From: an uncultured Gammaproteobacteria bacterium
GTDB lineage: Bacteria > Patescibacteriota > Microgenomatia > UBA10105 > UBA927
Length of the DNA: 63,114 nucleotides
Reading direction: 5' to 3'
Assembly (NCBI GenBank): GCA_964596355.1
Contig: CAZQTD010000005.1
Coordinates: forward strand, 1 to 63,114
The notes beneath the pieces are model-generated. The model was not told the DNA's origin and made no database searches. It worked only from the letters and a program-made list of their open reading frames with translations. The position numbers were made by a program, and so were the translations under genes. Positions 1 to 10,495 of this stretch are shown here, in pieces; the first letter of the stretch is position 1, and each line of letters begins with the position of its first letter.

Positions 1-184
1 GTCTGATTCAAGTAATTATCTCAGACAACACTCGCACTATACGGGGTATGGGTCATACGATAACGCTGCCGACGAGGAGTATGGCAATAATTCCATACGG
101 AGCCGAAAGTAAACGCTTCATGCACTCCGTATTATATCGTATACTCATGGCATATGGCAGTATGTATACGATAAGAGGATATGT

Positions 185-1870
185 ATGAATAAATGGTGGG
201 TTATTTGCGCCCTCTGTGCATCACTTCTGACAAGTGTTGTTCTGTATGGAAACACGATCCGCGGCGAGTTTGTTTTTGACGATGAATACTTTACTGCATG
301 GGAGGAATTACGCACCCCGCAAAGCCTGACGAATATTTGGCTCAAACCCCTCACGAATAACCGTGATTTTTCCCTTGTTGAAACGTACCGTCCGTTTGTC
401 GTGTTTACCATGGCGCTCAATTTCATCCTTTTCGGTGAGGCAACGACGTCATTTCATGTCGTTAATATCATTCTCAACGGCCTTGTCGGTTTTCTTGTAT
501 TTTATTGTGTCTATCTTCTTTTTCGAAAATTGGTCGTTGCGGCATGTACCGCGCTACTTTTTATGTTTTTCCCCATACACACAGAGGCGGTTGCGTTTAT
601 TAAAGCGCGTGAGGAGGCCCTCGGATCCGGATTTATGCTCCTTTCGTGGATTGCCTTTTTGAATGCAACAGGGAAAACGCATATCCGGTGGAGGTATGTG
701 CTTCTCTCGGTCGTGTTTTTTTTCTTCGGGTGTCTGTCGAAGGAGTTTTTACTTATATTTCCAATAGTATATTTTGGGGTGTATTGGCTACATAAAAAAC
801 CGCGGATCATCGTAACTGTTCAATTAGCTGTCCCTTTCATCATTGTCGGGATCATCTATGTAGCTATGTGGTATACGAGTCTCGGCGGTAAGCTGCCGTT
901 TGAAAATCTTCATACGTATCCGGTGAATCCGATCGCACATGTCGAGCTTCCTGTCAGAGTCTGGACTGCATGTGCTATCGCGTTCACCTATATCTGGAAG
1001 ACATTCGTTCCCATCGGGCTTACGGCAACGTATCGATATAACCATTTTCCGTTGGTCGAACGTCTTTTTTCATACAAATCATTCGCAGGGCTCCTGTTTC
1101 TTATCTGTCTCGGTGTGCCGTTTGTTGTCAAAAAATTTCGTACGTCGGCTCTTGCCGTAGGTGCGCTCATATTTTTAGTTTCCTATTTTCCTTTTTCAAA
1201 ATTTGTGTTTACTGGAGGAGAATTCATGGCCGAACGGTGGATGTACTTCCCATCTATGGGACTTGCGCTTATAGCGGCAGTGGGAATAGCCGGAGCATTA
1301 CGACGATATAAAATTATTACTATGATACTTTTTGCAACCGTACTTGTTGTATATGCCATTACAACGGTTCAAAGAAACCGTGTGTGGTTGTCGCCCGAGT
1401 CGTTGTATTCAAGCATGACCCATGATGCGCCCAACAGCGTATTTGGATACGTATGGCTGTCACGGTATTATCTCGTTGCGCGTCGATTTGATGATGCTAA
1501 GCATAATATCCTGCGGGCGGTACGCATTTATCCGGGCCACCATCAGGTGCAGGCCGCCTATGCAGCGGTACTTGCCCATGATAAGCAATATGAACGGGCA
1601 GAACGTGCGATCATCAGAGCAATTAATCTGAAACCCGAAACAAGCTCATATTATTTCTGGGCGTATATCATGACGAAAATGGGCAAATATGACGAAAGCC
1701 AGCAGGTGATTGACGCATATCTTGGGCCCCGGCGCAGTTTATCAGAGGTAAAATTTTTAACCGCCGTCAACTATTTTCGTATGGGACAGGTAGAAAAAGC
1801 ACGGGAGTATTTTGACTGGAATTCCAAGTTGTCAGAGGAGGAGAAAATCCGTGCGATTAATGAATTCTAA
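185..1870 (+). CDS. TMTC-like GT-C membrane glycosyltransferase with C-terminal TPR repeats (putative protein O-mannosyltransferase)
   Basis: N-terminal FVFDD motif, YRP motif, FPIHTEAV, 'MAERWMYFPS' (TMTC/DUF1736-like), many TM segments, TPR-like C-terminus. Confidence 0.8.
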   Translation: MNKWWVICALCASLLTSVVLYGNTIRGEFVFDDEYFTAWEELRTPQSLTNIWLKPLTNNRDFSLVETYRPFVVFTMALNFILFGEATTSFHVVNIILNGLVGFLVFYCVYLLFRKLVVAACTALLFMFFPIHTEAVAFIKAREEALGSGFMLLSWIAFLNATGKTHIRWRYVLLSVVFFFFGCLSKEFLLIFPIVYFGVYWLHKKPRIIVTVQLAVPFIIVGIIYVAMWYTSLGGKLPFENLHTYPVNPIAHVELPVRVWTACAIAFTYIWKTFVPIGLTATYRYNHFPLVERLFSYKSFAGLLFLICLGVPFVVKKFRTSALAVGALIFLVSYFPFSKFVFTGGEFMAERWMYFPSMGLALIAAVGIAGALRRYKIITMILFATVLVVYAITTVQRNRVWLSPESLYSSMTHDAPNSVFGYVWLSRYYLVARRFDDAKHNILRAVRIYPGHHQVQAAYAAVLAHDKQYERAERAIIRAINLKPETSSYYFWAYIMTKMGKYDESQQVIDAYLGPRRSLSEVKFLTAVNYFRMGQVEKAREYFDWNSKLSEEEKIRAINEF

Positions 1871-3329
1871 GGTCGTTGCTGTTGTTTTTTTTGCCGCTTA
1901 CCTTGTTGTCGGGTTGAGTATCTTCCGCGATTACGGTCTCTCATGGGACGAGCCGATTTCACGTTTAAACGGCATCAAAGCGTACAGGTACGTGTTTGAA
2001 GGTGACAAATCGCTGTTCCGGTATCGGGATCGCTATTACGGTACGGCATTCGAGTTGCCGTTGTACGCACTGGAGAAATGGTCGGGGATTACTGATCCGG
2101 AGAGGATCTTTTTCTTTCGTCACGCCATCACGTTTCTGTTGTTTTATATCAGTGCAGTTATCTTTCATCGTCTTTGTGCAGAAACATTTCATAGCCATTG
2201 GCGGGGCTTACTTGGTGTACTTCTTTATATTCTGCACCCTCGGATTTTTGCCGATAGTTTTTACAATTCCAAAGATATCGCGTTTTCGTCTGCATTTGTC
2301 ATCGCCGTCTACACCGGGTTGCGGTTTGTCCGGAAGCCGACCGTGCTTCGGGCTGTGGTTTTTGCTGTAGCAGCAAGTTTTGCGACGGATATTCGCATTG
2401 CCGGAGGACTGGTGTATCTTCTTATACTTCCGCAGATACTCTGGTCTTATCGGAAAAAACTGAACAATCTGTTCAAGCCGCTGGCCGTTTGTATCGGAGC
2501 GTCAGTCGGTTTTACCTATGCATTCTGGCCTGTTTTGTGGAGCAATCCTTTGGATCGTTTTTTTGAGGCGCTGCGGTATATGAGTTCATTTTCTCAATAC
2601 GAGAACGGCATGTTGTATATGGGGAAACAGACGTGGTCGCATACGGCGCCCTGGCATTATTTATTTGTCTGGATAGGGATTACCACACCGGTCGCACTCC
2701 TTGCATTATCCGTTCTTGGTTTTGTCAGGATACTTATGAAACGGAATGCGTGGGGATTGATGATGGCGGCATGGGCCCTTGTTCCTCTCGTTGCTGTACT
2801 CATTACCCGCCCGGCTTTATATGACGGATGGCGGCAATTTTATTTCATCTATCCGGCTATCGTAGGGCTTGCACTTGAGGGACTTACCTATCTGTGGACG
2901 AAAGGGATACGGGTGCGCGGTGTCGCAGTCAGTGCGCTTGCGCTGACAGGAATACTGACCGTATCGTTCATGGTGCGCAATCATCCGTACCAGAACGTAT
3001 ATTTTAATGAGTTCGTAGGGGGCATCCGAGGCGCACAGCACCGTTTTGATCTTGACTATTGGGGACTTTCGTTTAAGCGGGGGTTGCAATATATCGCAAA
3101 AACAGATTCAGATTATCAGATTCCGGTATTTTTTGCGTTTGGTATCAAAGCACAGGCTGATTTCCTTCCGTTCGAAGATCGCCGTTTTATGCCGTTATCC
3201 GATGCGAACAAGGCCAGATATATTCTTTCAAATTTTCGGTGGCAGATGAATACACCCCCATATCCGGAAATCTATCATGTTGCGATTGATGGAGTGAAGA
3301 TTATGAGTGTATTCCAAGCTCCGGATTGA
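1860..3329 (+). CDS. GT-C (PMT_2/ArnT-like) membrane glycosyltransferase
   Basis: DYGLSWDEP motif after first TM, HPRIFADSFYNSKD, multiple TMs; ATG at 1860 overlaps upstream stop. Confidence 0.8.
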   Translation: MNSKVVAVVFFAAYLVVGLSIFRDYGLSWDEPISRLNGIKAYRYVFEGDKSLFRYRDRYYGTAFELPLYALEKWSGITDPERIFFFRHAITFLLFYISAVIFHRLCAETFHSHWRGLLGVLLYILHPRIFADSFYNSKDIAFSSAFVIAVYTGLRFVRKPTVLRAVVFAVAASFATDIRIAGGLVYLLILPQILWSYRKKLNNLFKPLAVCIGASVGFTYAFWPVLWSNPLDRFFEALRYMSSFSQYENGMLYMGKQTWSHTAPWHYLFVWIGITTPVALLALSVLGFVRILMKRNAWGLMMAAWALVPLVAVLITRPALYDGWRQFYFIYPAIVGLALEGLTYLWTKGIRVRGVAVSALALTGILTVSFMVRNHPYQNVYFNEFVGGIRGAQHRFDLDYWGLSFKRGLQYIAKTDSDYQIPVFFAFGIKAQADFLPFEDRRFMPLSDANKARYILSNFRWQMNTPPYPEIYHVAIDGVKIMSVFQAPD

Positions 3330-3383
3330 AATGCACGAGCGATTGGTTGATGCGTGCGTGGAGAACGTTTATACTGTAAAGTA

Positions 3384-5615
3384 ATGCCCACACGCTTATT
3401 TGTCATTGGGAGTTTTACTCTATTTGGTATGGGAATTATACGGATATTTTTTCCGTATTTTTCATCCCCAACATACGCAGCCGTATCTTCTTGTACCACG
3501 TCAGTGAGTCCGACAAGCATGACACAGTCTTCAACTGGCATATTGGCATTTCGTGTTGAAAATACATCTTCCGAAACAATTCTTTGGGTAAAAGTATCCC
3601 GTCCGGATGATAGTTTTACGGTTAACGGTGCTTCTGCAGGCGGGTGGAATGCATCCAATACGGAAGAAGCAGGAACATTTAGCGGAGGATCCTCTATAGC
3701 CCCGTCAGGATCGGCATATTTTTCACTGAACGTTACTGCGGGTGGCAGTGTAGGAGATCCGGGAAGTTGGACCGTAGAAGTATCGGATGACAGCGGTGGT
3801 AGCTCTCCAACGACATGCACGGGCGACACAAGTGTGTCTATCACGGAAGGCAGCGGCGGGGGAGACACAACGGCACCTACAATTTCTGACATCGTTGTTT
3901 CCGACATTTCCGATACGCAGGCGAAAATTACCTGGACCACGGATGAGTCCGGAACAACAGTCGTTGATTACGGCACAACTGATGACTACGGATCCACGGC
4001 AACCGGTGACTCGGGAACATCGCATAGCGTGACAATTTCAAGTCTCACGGCAAATACGACGTATCACTATAATGTGAAAAGCGCGGATAGCGCAGGAAAT
4101 ACCGGTGAATCCGGAGATAATACGTTTGTGACAGCCAAACAGGGGACGACGACGACCACGACGGTAACCGGAACGACGCGCACAATTACCGCTACCGGCA
4201 CGCCGACGCCGGTTCCTGATAGGACGCCGCCCAAGACCACGATTGTTACCACGCTCAATAAACCCTTCACCGAGGCGCCGACCATAGAAGGCAAGGCAAC
4301 CGATCCAAGCGGCGTGGCTAAACTGGAATACTCGATTGATGACGGCAGGAATTTTCTTCCGATTGACGAGGTCGAAGGATTAGGGAAGGCGTCAGCGACG
4401 TTTACGTTTACCCCTTTGGGACTTTTGGACGATAACTACATCGTAAAAATCCGCGCAACAGACAGCAAAGGCAACACAGGGACAAGCAAGGGTGTCACGA
4501 TGGTGGTTGACCGCCTGCCGCCGTTAGTGGGCGGCGTGGTCTTGACGCTCGGGCCGCAGGTTATCGAACCAACGAAAGACGGAGCGCTGATCTTGCTTCC
4601 ACATGTTTCATACAACCTGACACTTTCTGCTGTTGGAGGCCCTACAGACATTCGTCTCGTAGGTAACCTAGGTAACCTCGGTACCCTACGCAAAAACCTC
4701 GACAATGGCCTCTGGAGTACGACGATCCGGTTTGATACGTCCGGGATGTACACGCTCTGGACACACGCAATTGATGGAGCGGGAAATATAAAAGACCATG
4801 CGTTTCCGTCATTCACTGTTGTTGAGCCCGGACGGGTATTTGGGGGGTCTGTCGCGGTGACCAATGGAACGCTCGTTGTGTATGTGCTTCATGATGATAC
4901 CAAGCGGTTTATCCTGTGGGATGGAGAAGCCTATGGGCAAAACAATCCGCTCCCATTATCCCATGACGGGTCATATGCATTGTATTTGCCTGCCGGCACG
5001 TATTATCTTGAAGTACGCGCGCCGGGGTATACGCGTGCGATTTCCCAAATTTTTTGGTTAGATAAAGGCGCACCAATTGTTGAACCAATTTACCTGACGC
5101 GAAAGCGCGCACTTCGTTTGGGACCGTTTCTTATTCCTCTGCCTGATTTCCGGCAGACAACCATACGATTGACGCTCACGACTCCGTCTATGGACGCGCC
5201 AGCAAGCAGCGTCCGCGATGTGACTGGCGAAGAACTGCCGTATTTTCGGCTTCCTTCTGATGATACGATGATCGCAAGTACGTCGTTGCGCGGCAAACCA
5301 ACAATTATTACCTTCCTTAATTCTTGGTTGCCCCATACGCCGGAACAGCTGGCTGTCTTGCAGGAGCTTGCCCAAAAAAAGGAAATTCATGTGGTAAGCA
5401 TTTTTCCACAAGAAACCGCGGCGGCAGTTTCCATTTTTCGAAAACGGGGGGATTACGCAATCCCGATCATCGCGGATCCCGACGGCACGCTCATAGAAGC
5501 ACTTGGCCTGACATCCTTTCCTGCTCACGTGTTTGTCAGCCGTAAAGGGATTATCGAGAGAGTGGCGACGGGCTTGCTAACAAAGGAGGAGTTGTTGGAT
5601 AACGTGTTAAAATAG
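3384..5615 (+). CDS. Secreted/surface protein: Ig-like and FN3 (purple acid phosphatase N-terminal-like) domains, Thr-rich linker, carboxypeptidase-regulatory-like segment, C-terminal redoxin-fold domain lacking CxxC
   Basis: Signal/TM N-terminus; 'AKITWTTDE...VDYGTT...HSVTISSLTANTTYHYNVKSAD' FN3 motif; 'D.TPP' Ig repeats; C-terminal 'LRGKPTIITFLNSW...DPDG...SFPAHVFV' AhpC/TSA-like. Confidence 0.7.
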   Translation: MPTRLFVIGSFTLFGMGIIRIFFPYFSSPTYAAVSSCTTSVSPTSMTQSSTGILAFRVENTSSETILWVKVSRPDDSFTVNGASAGGWNASNTEEAGTFSGGSSIAPSGSAYFSLNVTAGGSVGDPGSWTVEVSDDSGGSSPTTCTGDTSVSITEGSGGGDTTAPTISDIVVSDISDTQAKITWTTDESGTTVVDYGTTDDYGSTATGDSGTSHSVTISSLTANTTYHYNVKSADSAGNTGESGDNTFVTAKQGTTTTTTVTGTTRTITATGTPTPVPDRTPPKTTIVTTLNKPFTEAPTIEGKATDPSGVAKLEYSIDDGRNFLPIDEVEGLGKASATFTFTPLGLLDDNYIVKIRATDSKGNTGTSKGVTMVVDRLPPLVGGVVLTLGPQVIEPTKDGALILLPHVSYNLTLSAVGGPTDIRLVGNLGNLGTLRKNLDNGLWSTTIRFDTSGMYTLWTHAIDGAGNIKDHAFPSFTVVEPGRVFGGSVAVTNGTLVVYVLHDDTKRFILWDGEAYGQNNPLPLSHDGSYALYLPAGTYYLEVRAPGYTRAISQIFWLDKGAPIVEPIYLTRKRALRLGPFLIPLPDFRQTTIRLTLTTPSMDAPASSVRDVTGEELPYFRLPSDDTMIASTSLRGKPTIITFLNSWLPHTPEQLAVLQELAQKKEIHVVSIFPQETAAAVSIFRKRGDYAIPIIADPDGTLIEALGLTSFPAHVFVSRKGIIERVATGLLTKEELLDNVLK

Positions 5616-5695
5616 CGTATAGAGAATAGGAATAGCGCATAGAGAATAGCGTATAGTTAGTATTACCTAAACGCTATTGACGAAACGCTATTCAA
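5616..5695. repeat. Heptamer-type degenerate repeats arranged as inverted blocks (AATAGCGT / ACGCTATT)
   Basis: AATAGCGT at ~5646 pairs with ACGCTATT at ~5671 and ~5685. Confidence 0.7.
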
Positions 5696-5702
5696 CCTGC
5701 CT

Positions 5703-7283
5703 ATGTGGCTACACTTTATACTTGAAAACATCCATTTTGCCATAAACTTGTTTGCGGCCCTCACGTTCTTTGCCGTGTTTTGGCTCTACATTGATGCGTG
5801 GGAGGAGCGCAAAAGCGCGCACATACTTGGGAAAATCGTCGGGTATCTCCTTCTTTCTCTTTCATTTCTCCTTTCCGGACTAGAAGTTGAGTCTACTATT
5901 GTGGCAGTGCCGATTTTTGGGGAAGCCATCCGTACGATGCTACTTTCGGGCGTGCGGATTCTGGCGTATCTTTTCCTTATTGCTGGCGTAGCAAGCGAAC
6001 CGCTCGAACCGCTTCCCACACGTCCCGCCAATACCGTCGCCGTCTTTCTTGGGATTACCGGATGATCCTTTATCCTTCACCCGATTGCCGCGTCGATCAT
6101 CGCGTTTTTATACCTTCGGCGGGCAACAGTCGGGCTTGAACATCATATCAAGCCGGTGGCGTTTGGATTTTTCCTTATTGCCCTGTCGGAGCTTGTTTCC
6201 ACTGCCGCGCTGTTTCGCGATACGGCGTGGGTATCGCTTTACCGATTGGTCAGTCCCTTTGGGATGTTTTGGATGGTGGAGCATGCGCTGTTGTGCGTGG
6301 GGATTATCATCATCAGCCGCTGGGTATTTGCGTATCTGTTTAAACAATTCCACACGCAGCTATTTATGATCATCACAACCATGATACTTGTCATTTTCCT
6401 TGTTACCACCGTATCATTTAGCGGACTTCTGGTAAAAAACGTTCAGGATGAAAGTTTGCGTCAGCTTGAAACCGATGTTTTGGTGCTTCGCTATTCGCTC
6501 GAAAGTAAAAAATCCCAGCTTGTTTCTGACGCGCAGATGATTTCACAAAATCAGGCAATCATCCAAGGCGTCACGCAACAGAATCGCATGGAATTGGCGA
6601 AGCTGGCAAGCGAGTATTTGTTGACAAAAAAACAAAGCACGCTCCTTGTGGTAAATGAATCCGGCCAACTTATCGCCCGCGGAGAAGACCGCGATCGTAT
6701 CGGAGAATCGCTCTCCGGCGATACGCTGGTTAAGCGTGCGCTTTTGGGAGAATCGGTTGCGTCTGTGGTGACGACGGAGGGGGTGGTGGCGCCGATGGTG
6801 AGCATCCGCGCGGCTGTTCCCATCCGGGGAGAAAACAATGCCGTCATCGGCGCCGTCATTGTTGGCGAGGCAGTGGACAGCGCGTATGTGGACGGGCTCA
6901 AGAAAGCCACCGGGCTTGACGCATCGATCTACGCGGATATGACCGTGAGCGCAACGACGTTCCTTGCGCCGGACGGCGCGTCCCGCATGGTCGGGATGAA
7001 GGAAAACTCTTCCCGCGTCAAAGACAGGGTACTGAAGGATACCATGCAGTACACCGGGTCTGTGCCGGTTTTGGGTACGCCGTACTTTGCGTCATTTTTG
7101 CCGCTTGCCGATGCGGACAACGTGCCAGTGGGGATGCTCTTTGTCGGCAGGCCGCAAGTACATGTCCTGGCTGCCGCCGGAAGATCCATTGAGCTGACGT
7201 TTCTGGTGACGTCACTACTCCTTGTTCTTTCGATAGTTCCGGCATTTATGATATCGACGTTTATCAGCAGCCAGTTGGAATAG
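5703..7283 (+). pseudogene. Multi-TM membrane protein with extracellular Cache-like domain, interrupted by in-frame TGA at 6063-6065
   Basis: ORFs 5703-6065 and 6156-7283 share a frame; reading through gives ...FLGITG*SFILHPIAASIIAFLYLRRATVGLEHHIKPVAFGFF... with no further stop. Confidence 0.75.
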
Positions 7284-7286
7284 CGC

Positions 7287-9616
7287 ATGAGTCTTCGGAC
7301 AAAAATTATTCTGTTCATCATCCTCTCTACTGTGGTTACCACGGTGGTGACATCCTTCATGCTTATTGTCATTATCCTTCGAGAATTTCAGGCGATTGAG
7401 CGCGAACAGGTGGTGCAGAATATCCAGCGCGTGCAGGAAGTAATCGCTGTGGATATAGAGCACCTAGATACCAAGTTAAGCGATTGGACGATGTGGGACG
7501 ATACGTATGAATTTATTCACAATCACAACTCGCGATACATCGAATCAAACCTTCAGGATCTGACGCTGGAGAATTTGAAAATTAATCTCATGGTGTTTCT
7601 GGACTCTGCCGGGCAGGTCGTATGGGAGCGCGCGTATGATGTGACGGCCAAACGGGCCGCCAGTATGCCGGAGGGGTTTCACGACAGTATCAAAACACCC
7701 ATGCGTTTTCCGGCCTATCTTCAGCCGACGATCATATACGCGGTATACTGGTATTTTCAAACACGGCATACCTTATCGCGGCTCGCCCCATCCTTCCTAC
7801 CGACGGCATCGGCGCGCCGCGCGGAACCATGATTATAGCGATGGAGTTTTCCGATGAGCTGTTGAAGCGGTATTCGGAAGTAACCAAGCTTGCCGTTTCT
7901 GCGTATCGCGCGGACGCACCCCGAGATGCCAACGAGCGGGACGCGCTTCATGCGCTTCAATCGGGCGAGCCGGTAGCGATGTGGTTTGCGTCACACGCCG
8001 CGGTTCGCGGGTACGCGCTTGTCCGCGATATTTTTGGGGAACCGGTACTGGTGGTTGGAGTAGATATGCCGCGCAGCGTCTACCAGCAGGGCATGCGTAC
8101 GATCCGATATCTGGGTATTGTGGGGGTTGCAAGCGGAGGAATGTTTATTATCCTCTTTATCATTATCCTTGAACGGTTGATGATTGCCCGGCTGATAGCC
8201 ATGCAGTCTGAAGTGAAAGCAATTGCTTCAAGCGGCGATATCTCCGCGCGATTGCCGAGTGATAGAGGGAATGATGAGCTTAGTCAGTTGACTGGCTCCA
8301 TAAATACCATGCTTGGGTCACTGGAAGAAGCACAGCACGCACTTACCAAAGAAAAAGCAACGCTGGATGTGTACTTAGACGTGGTCAATACGATGATTGT
8401 CGTTTTATCTCCTGATCAAACCATATTGCAGATTAATACAGTGGGACTGCATAAGCTTGGATATGAGGCAAACGATATTGTGGGTAAGTCCTGGAGAGAG
8501 GTTTGTGTGCCGGAAGGCGTGCGGGATCAGGTAAAGAGGGTATTTGATGCTCTCGTCAGCGGACGCCACCAGCTTGCAGAATACTATGAATATCCTATTT
8601 CAACGCGTGACGGACGCGAGCTTCTGGTGGCGTGGCACAATAGCGTGATTCGGGATGAACAGGGAAAGGTCGTTGCCACGGTTTCTTCCGGTGAAGATAT
8701 CACCGAGCGGAGAAAAGAAGATATTGCGCTTCGGGAAAGCGAAGAGCGATTCCGCATGATCGCCCAACAAACAGGGCAGGTCATGTATGATTACCATCTG
8801 GCAAGCGGCGCAATTGTCTGGGCAGGGGCAATTTCCGAAGTCATAGGGTATACGCCGGATGAATTTGCCTTCTTTGACATAAAAAAATGGGAAGAAAATA
8901 TCCATCCGCAGGACAGAGAAGAAGCATTGCGGCTCCTTGAAGAGGCTAGGAAACAAGTCACGAAATACCGCGCAATCTACCGTTTCCGCAGGAAAGACGG
9001 TACGTATTTTATCGCAGAAGATAACGGTGTATTTCTGCGCAATGACAAAGGTGAACCATACCGCATGTTAGGCGCGGTTGCCGACATTTCCAAACGGGTT
9101 GCGGCAGAATCCAAACTTCAGGAGAGTGAGCGCATCTACCGGTTTTTTATCGATAACTCGCACGAGCTCATTTTTATTTTGGATCCCCAAGGCATGATTC
9201 GATTTGTAAATCGCCACGTCATAGAAAGTTTGGGGTATAAAGAAGAAGAGCTTATTGGAAAGCCTTTTAGTGATTTCCTCATGCCGGAATCTGCCGCAAA
9301 AGTAGCAACATCGCTCGCGCTTAGATTTCAGAGCAAACCCCAGCCGGTCATGGAAGTTGGAATGAAGAGCAAAGCAGGTGATGTGTTGATTATTGAAATT
9401 GCAGAAGGGTCGGTGCTGGTGCATGAAAAGGGTGAACTTATCGGTGTTATGGTGAGCGGATATAACATCACGCAAAGAAAGAGGATGGAAGATGCCCTTC
9501 AGCGGAGAAATAAAGAGCTAAAGCACATAAACCAGCTTATGGTTGGAAGAGAACTAAAGATGATTCAGATAAAGCAGGAGCTTGAAGACCTCAAAAAGCG
9601 TCTTGCTTCACAGTGA
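7287..9616 (+). pseudogene. CHASE4-HAMP-3xPAS sensor with coiled-coil tail and no catalytic domain; frameshifted between ~7640 and ~7720
   Basis: CHASE4 'DWTMWDDTYEF' in frame 1; continuation 'DDHIRGILVFSNTAYLIAARPILPTDGIGAPRGTMII' is in the frame of ORF 7829-9616; HAMP 'DELSQLTGSINTML'; PAS/PAC 'DITERR','DISKR','NITQRK'. Confidence 0.75.
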
Positions 9617-9627
9617 TCCTGCGTGGG

Positions 9628-10416
9628 CTACGAATGTTCTGCTACGAAGGTATTGAATAGCTGGATCTGGAAAAAAAGGAAAAAACACCCCGCTGTCAGC
9701 CAAAACAGATCAGGAACACCTCCGTTTGCGTACGTTTCGTTTGTCGTTTGTATGGAAAAAAGCGAATCAGCAGTTATTTGAGACAAAAGCGCGATAATCA
9801 ATAAGAGCGATAATCCCTTGAGCTTTCCTCCGATATACCGCCAGAGCATGAATGTCAAGACGAGGAGAATGGCGTCTCCTAGAGGATGTAAGATATTAAA
9901 CAGTTTTGCTAAATCCGGCAGGCCGCTTGAAACGTCAGGTCTATAGATAACCCCAAACAAGAGGACGCACGATAGAGCAAGAATTCCCACCGATTCGGCG
10001 AGGTTTTGCCACCGGAGTCGCGATTGAACGATTGAAAGAAGCTGCCATACTCCGGCAATCATGCAGGGGATCAAAAGAAGGAAAAATACATCGGCAACAG
10101 ACGGATATGGCACTTCGACGTGCAAGATCATGTTGTAATAAATAACCCAGATTATCGAACCAACGCCCCATGAGCCAATACCGAGTCCAAACAACAGAAG
10201 AGCCTTCCCCACGGCGCTCGATGTTCCTGTTGAGGGTAGGGCATAGAGGCCGACGTAAAGCGATGCGAGGAATACTAGTTGATAAAACAGTTCAAATACG
10301 TTGACGTATATCGTTTCATGAAAGACGAATTGCAGTCCAAGCCACCACAGAAAGGCCGCGATGCTTACAGCAATCGCTGGTAACAACGGTATGCGGCGGA
10401 TGGCGCGCTGGTTCAT
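9628..10416 (-). CDS. 7-8 TM membrane protein (sensor-type membrane domain, no output domain)
   Basis: Hydrophobic helices; 'PYPSVADVFFLL', 'YPxGD'-like 'HPLGDAILL', 'DLFW' resemble membrane sensor modules of GGDEF/HK proteins. Confidence 0.6.
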   Translation of the reverse strand: MNQRAIRRIPLLPAIAVSIAAFLWWLGLQFVFHETIYVNVFELFYQLVFLASLYVGLYALPSTGTSSAVGKALLLFGLGIGSWGVGSIIWVIYYNMILHVEVPYPSVADVFFLLLIPCMIAGVWQLLSIVQSRLRWQNLAESVGILALSCVLLFGVIYRPDVSSGLPDLAKLFNILHPLGDAILLVLTFMLWRYIGGKLKGLSLLLIIALLSQITADSLFSIQTTNETYANGGVPDLFWLTAGCFFLFFQIQLFNTFVAEHS

Positions 10417-10495
10417 ATACGGACGCGTTCTTAGAATTGTGTTCTTTCTATTGTATACTCATACGTAGAGAGAGAATCAAGTAGGAACCGTTTGT

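Noticed and set aside
1-172. Minus-strand signal-peptide-like ORF (MKRLLSAPYGIIAILLVGSVIV*) and a 9-bp inverted repeat at 136-172
   Set aside because: The ORF stops after 22 codons at the window edge and cannot be evaluated; the repeat is short enough to be chance.
6063-6065. Genome-wide TGA recoding (code 25/4) or selenocysteine
   Set aside because: tal, galT, mreB and others end properly at TGA. No convincing SECIS hairpin follows, and the context is a membrane linker rather than a redox site.
7281-7289. Read-through fusion of the Cache gene to the CHASE4 gene (same frame, TAG CGC ATG)
   Set aside because: The downstream sequence MSLRTKIILF is a typical independent N-terminus. Similar same-frame abutments (def/fmt, 21418/21422, 60054/60058) are ordinary operon junctions.
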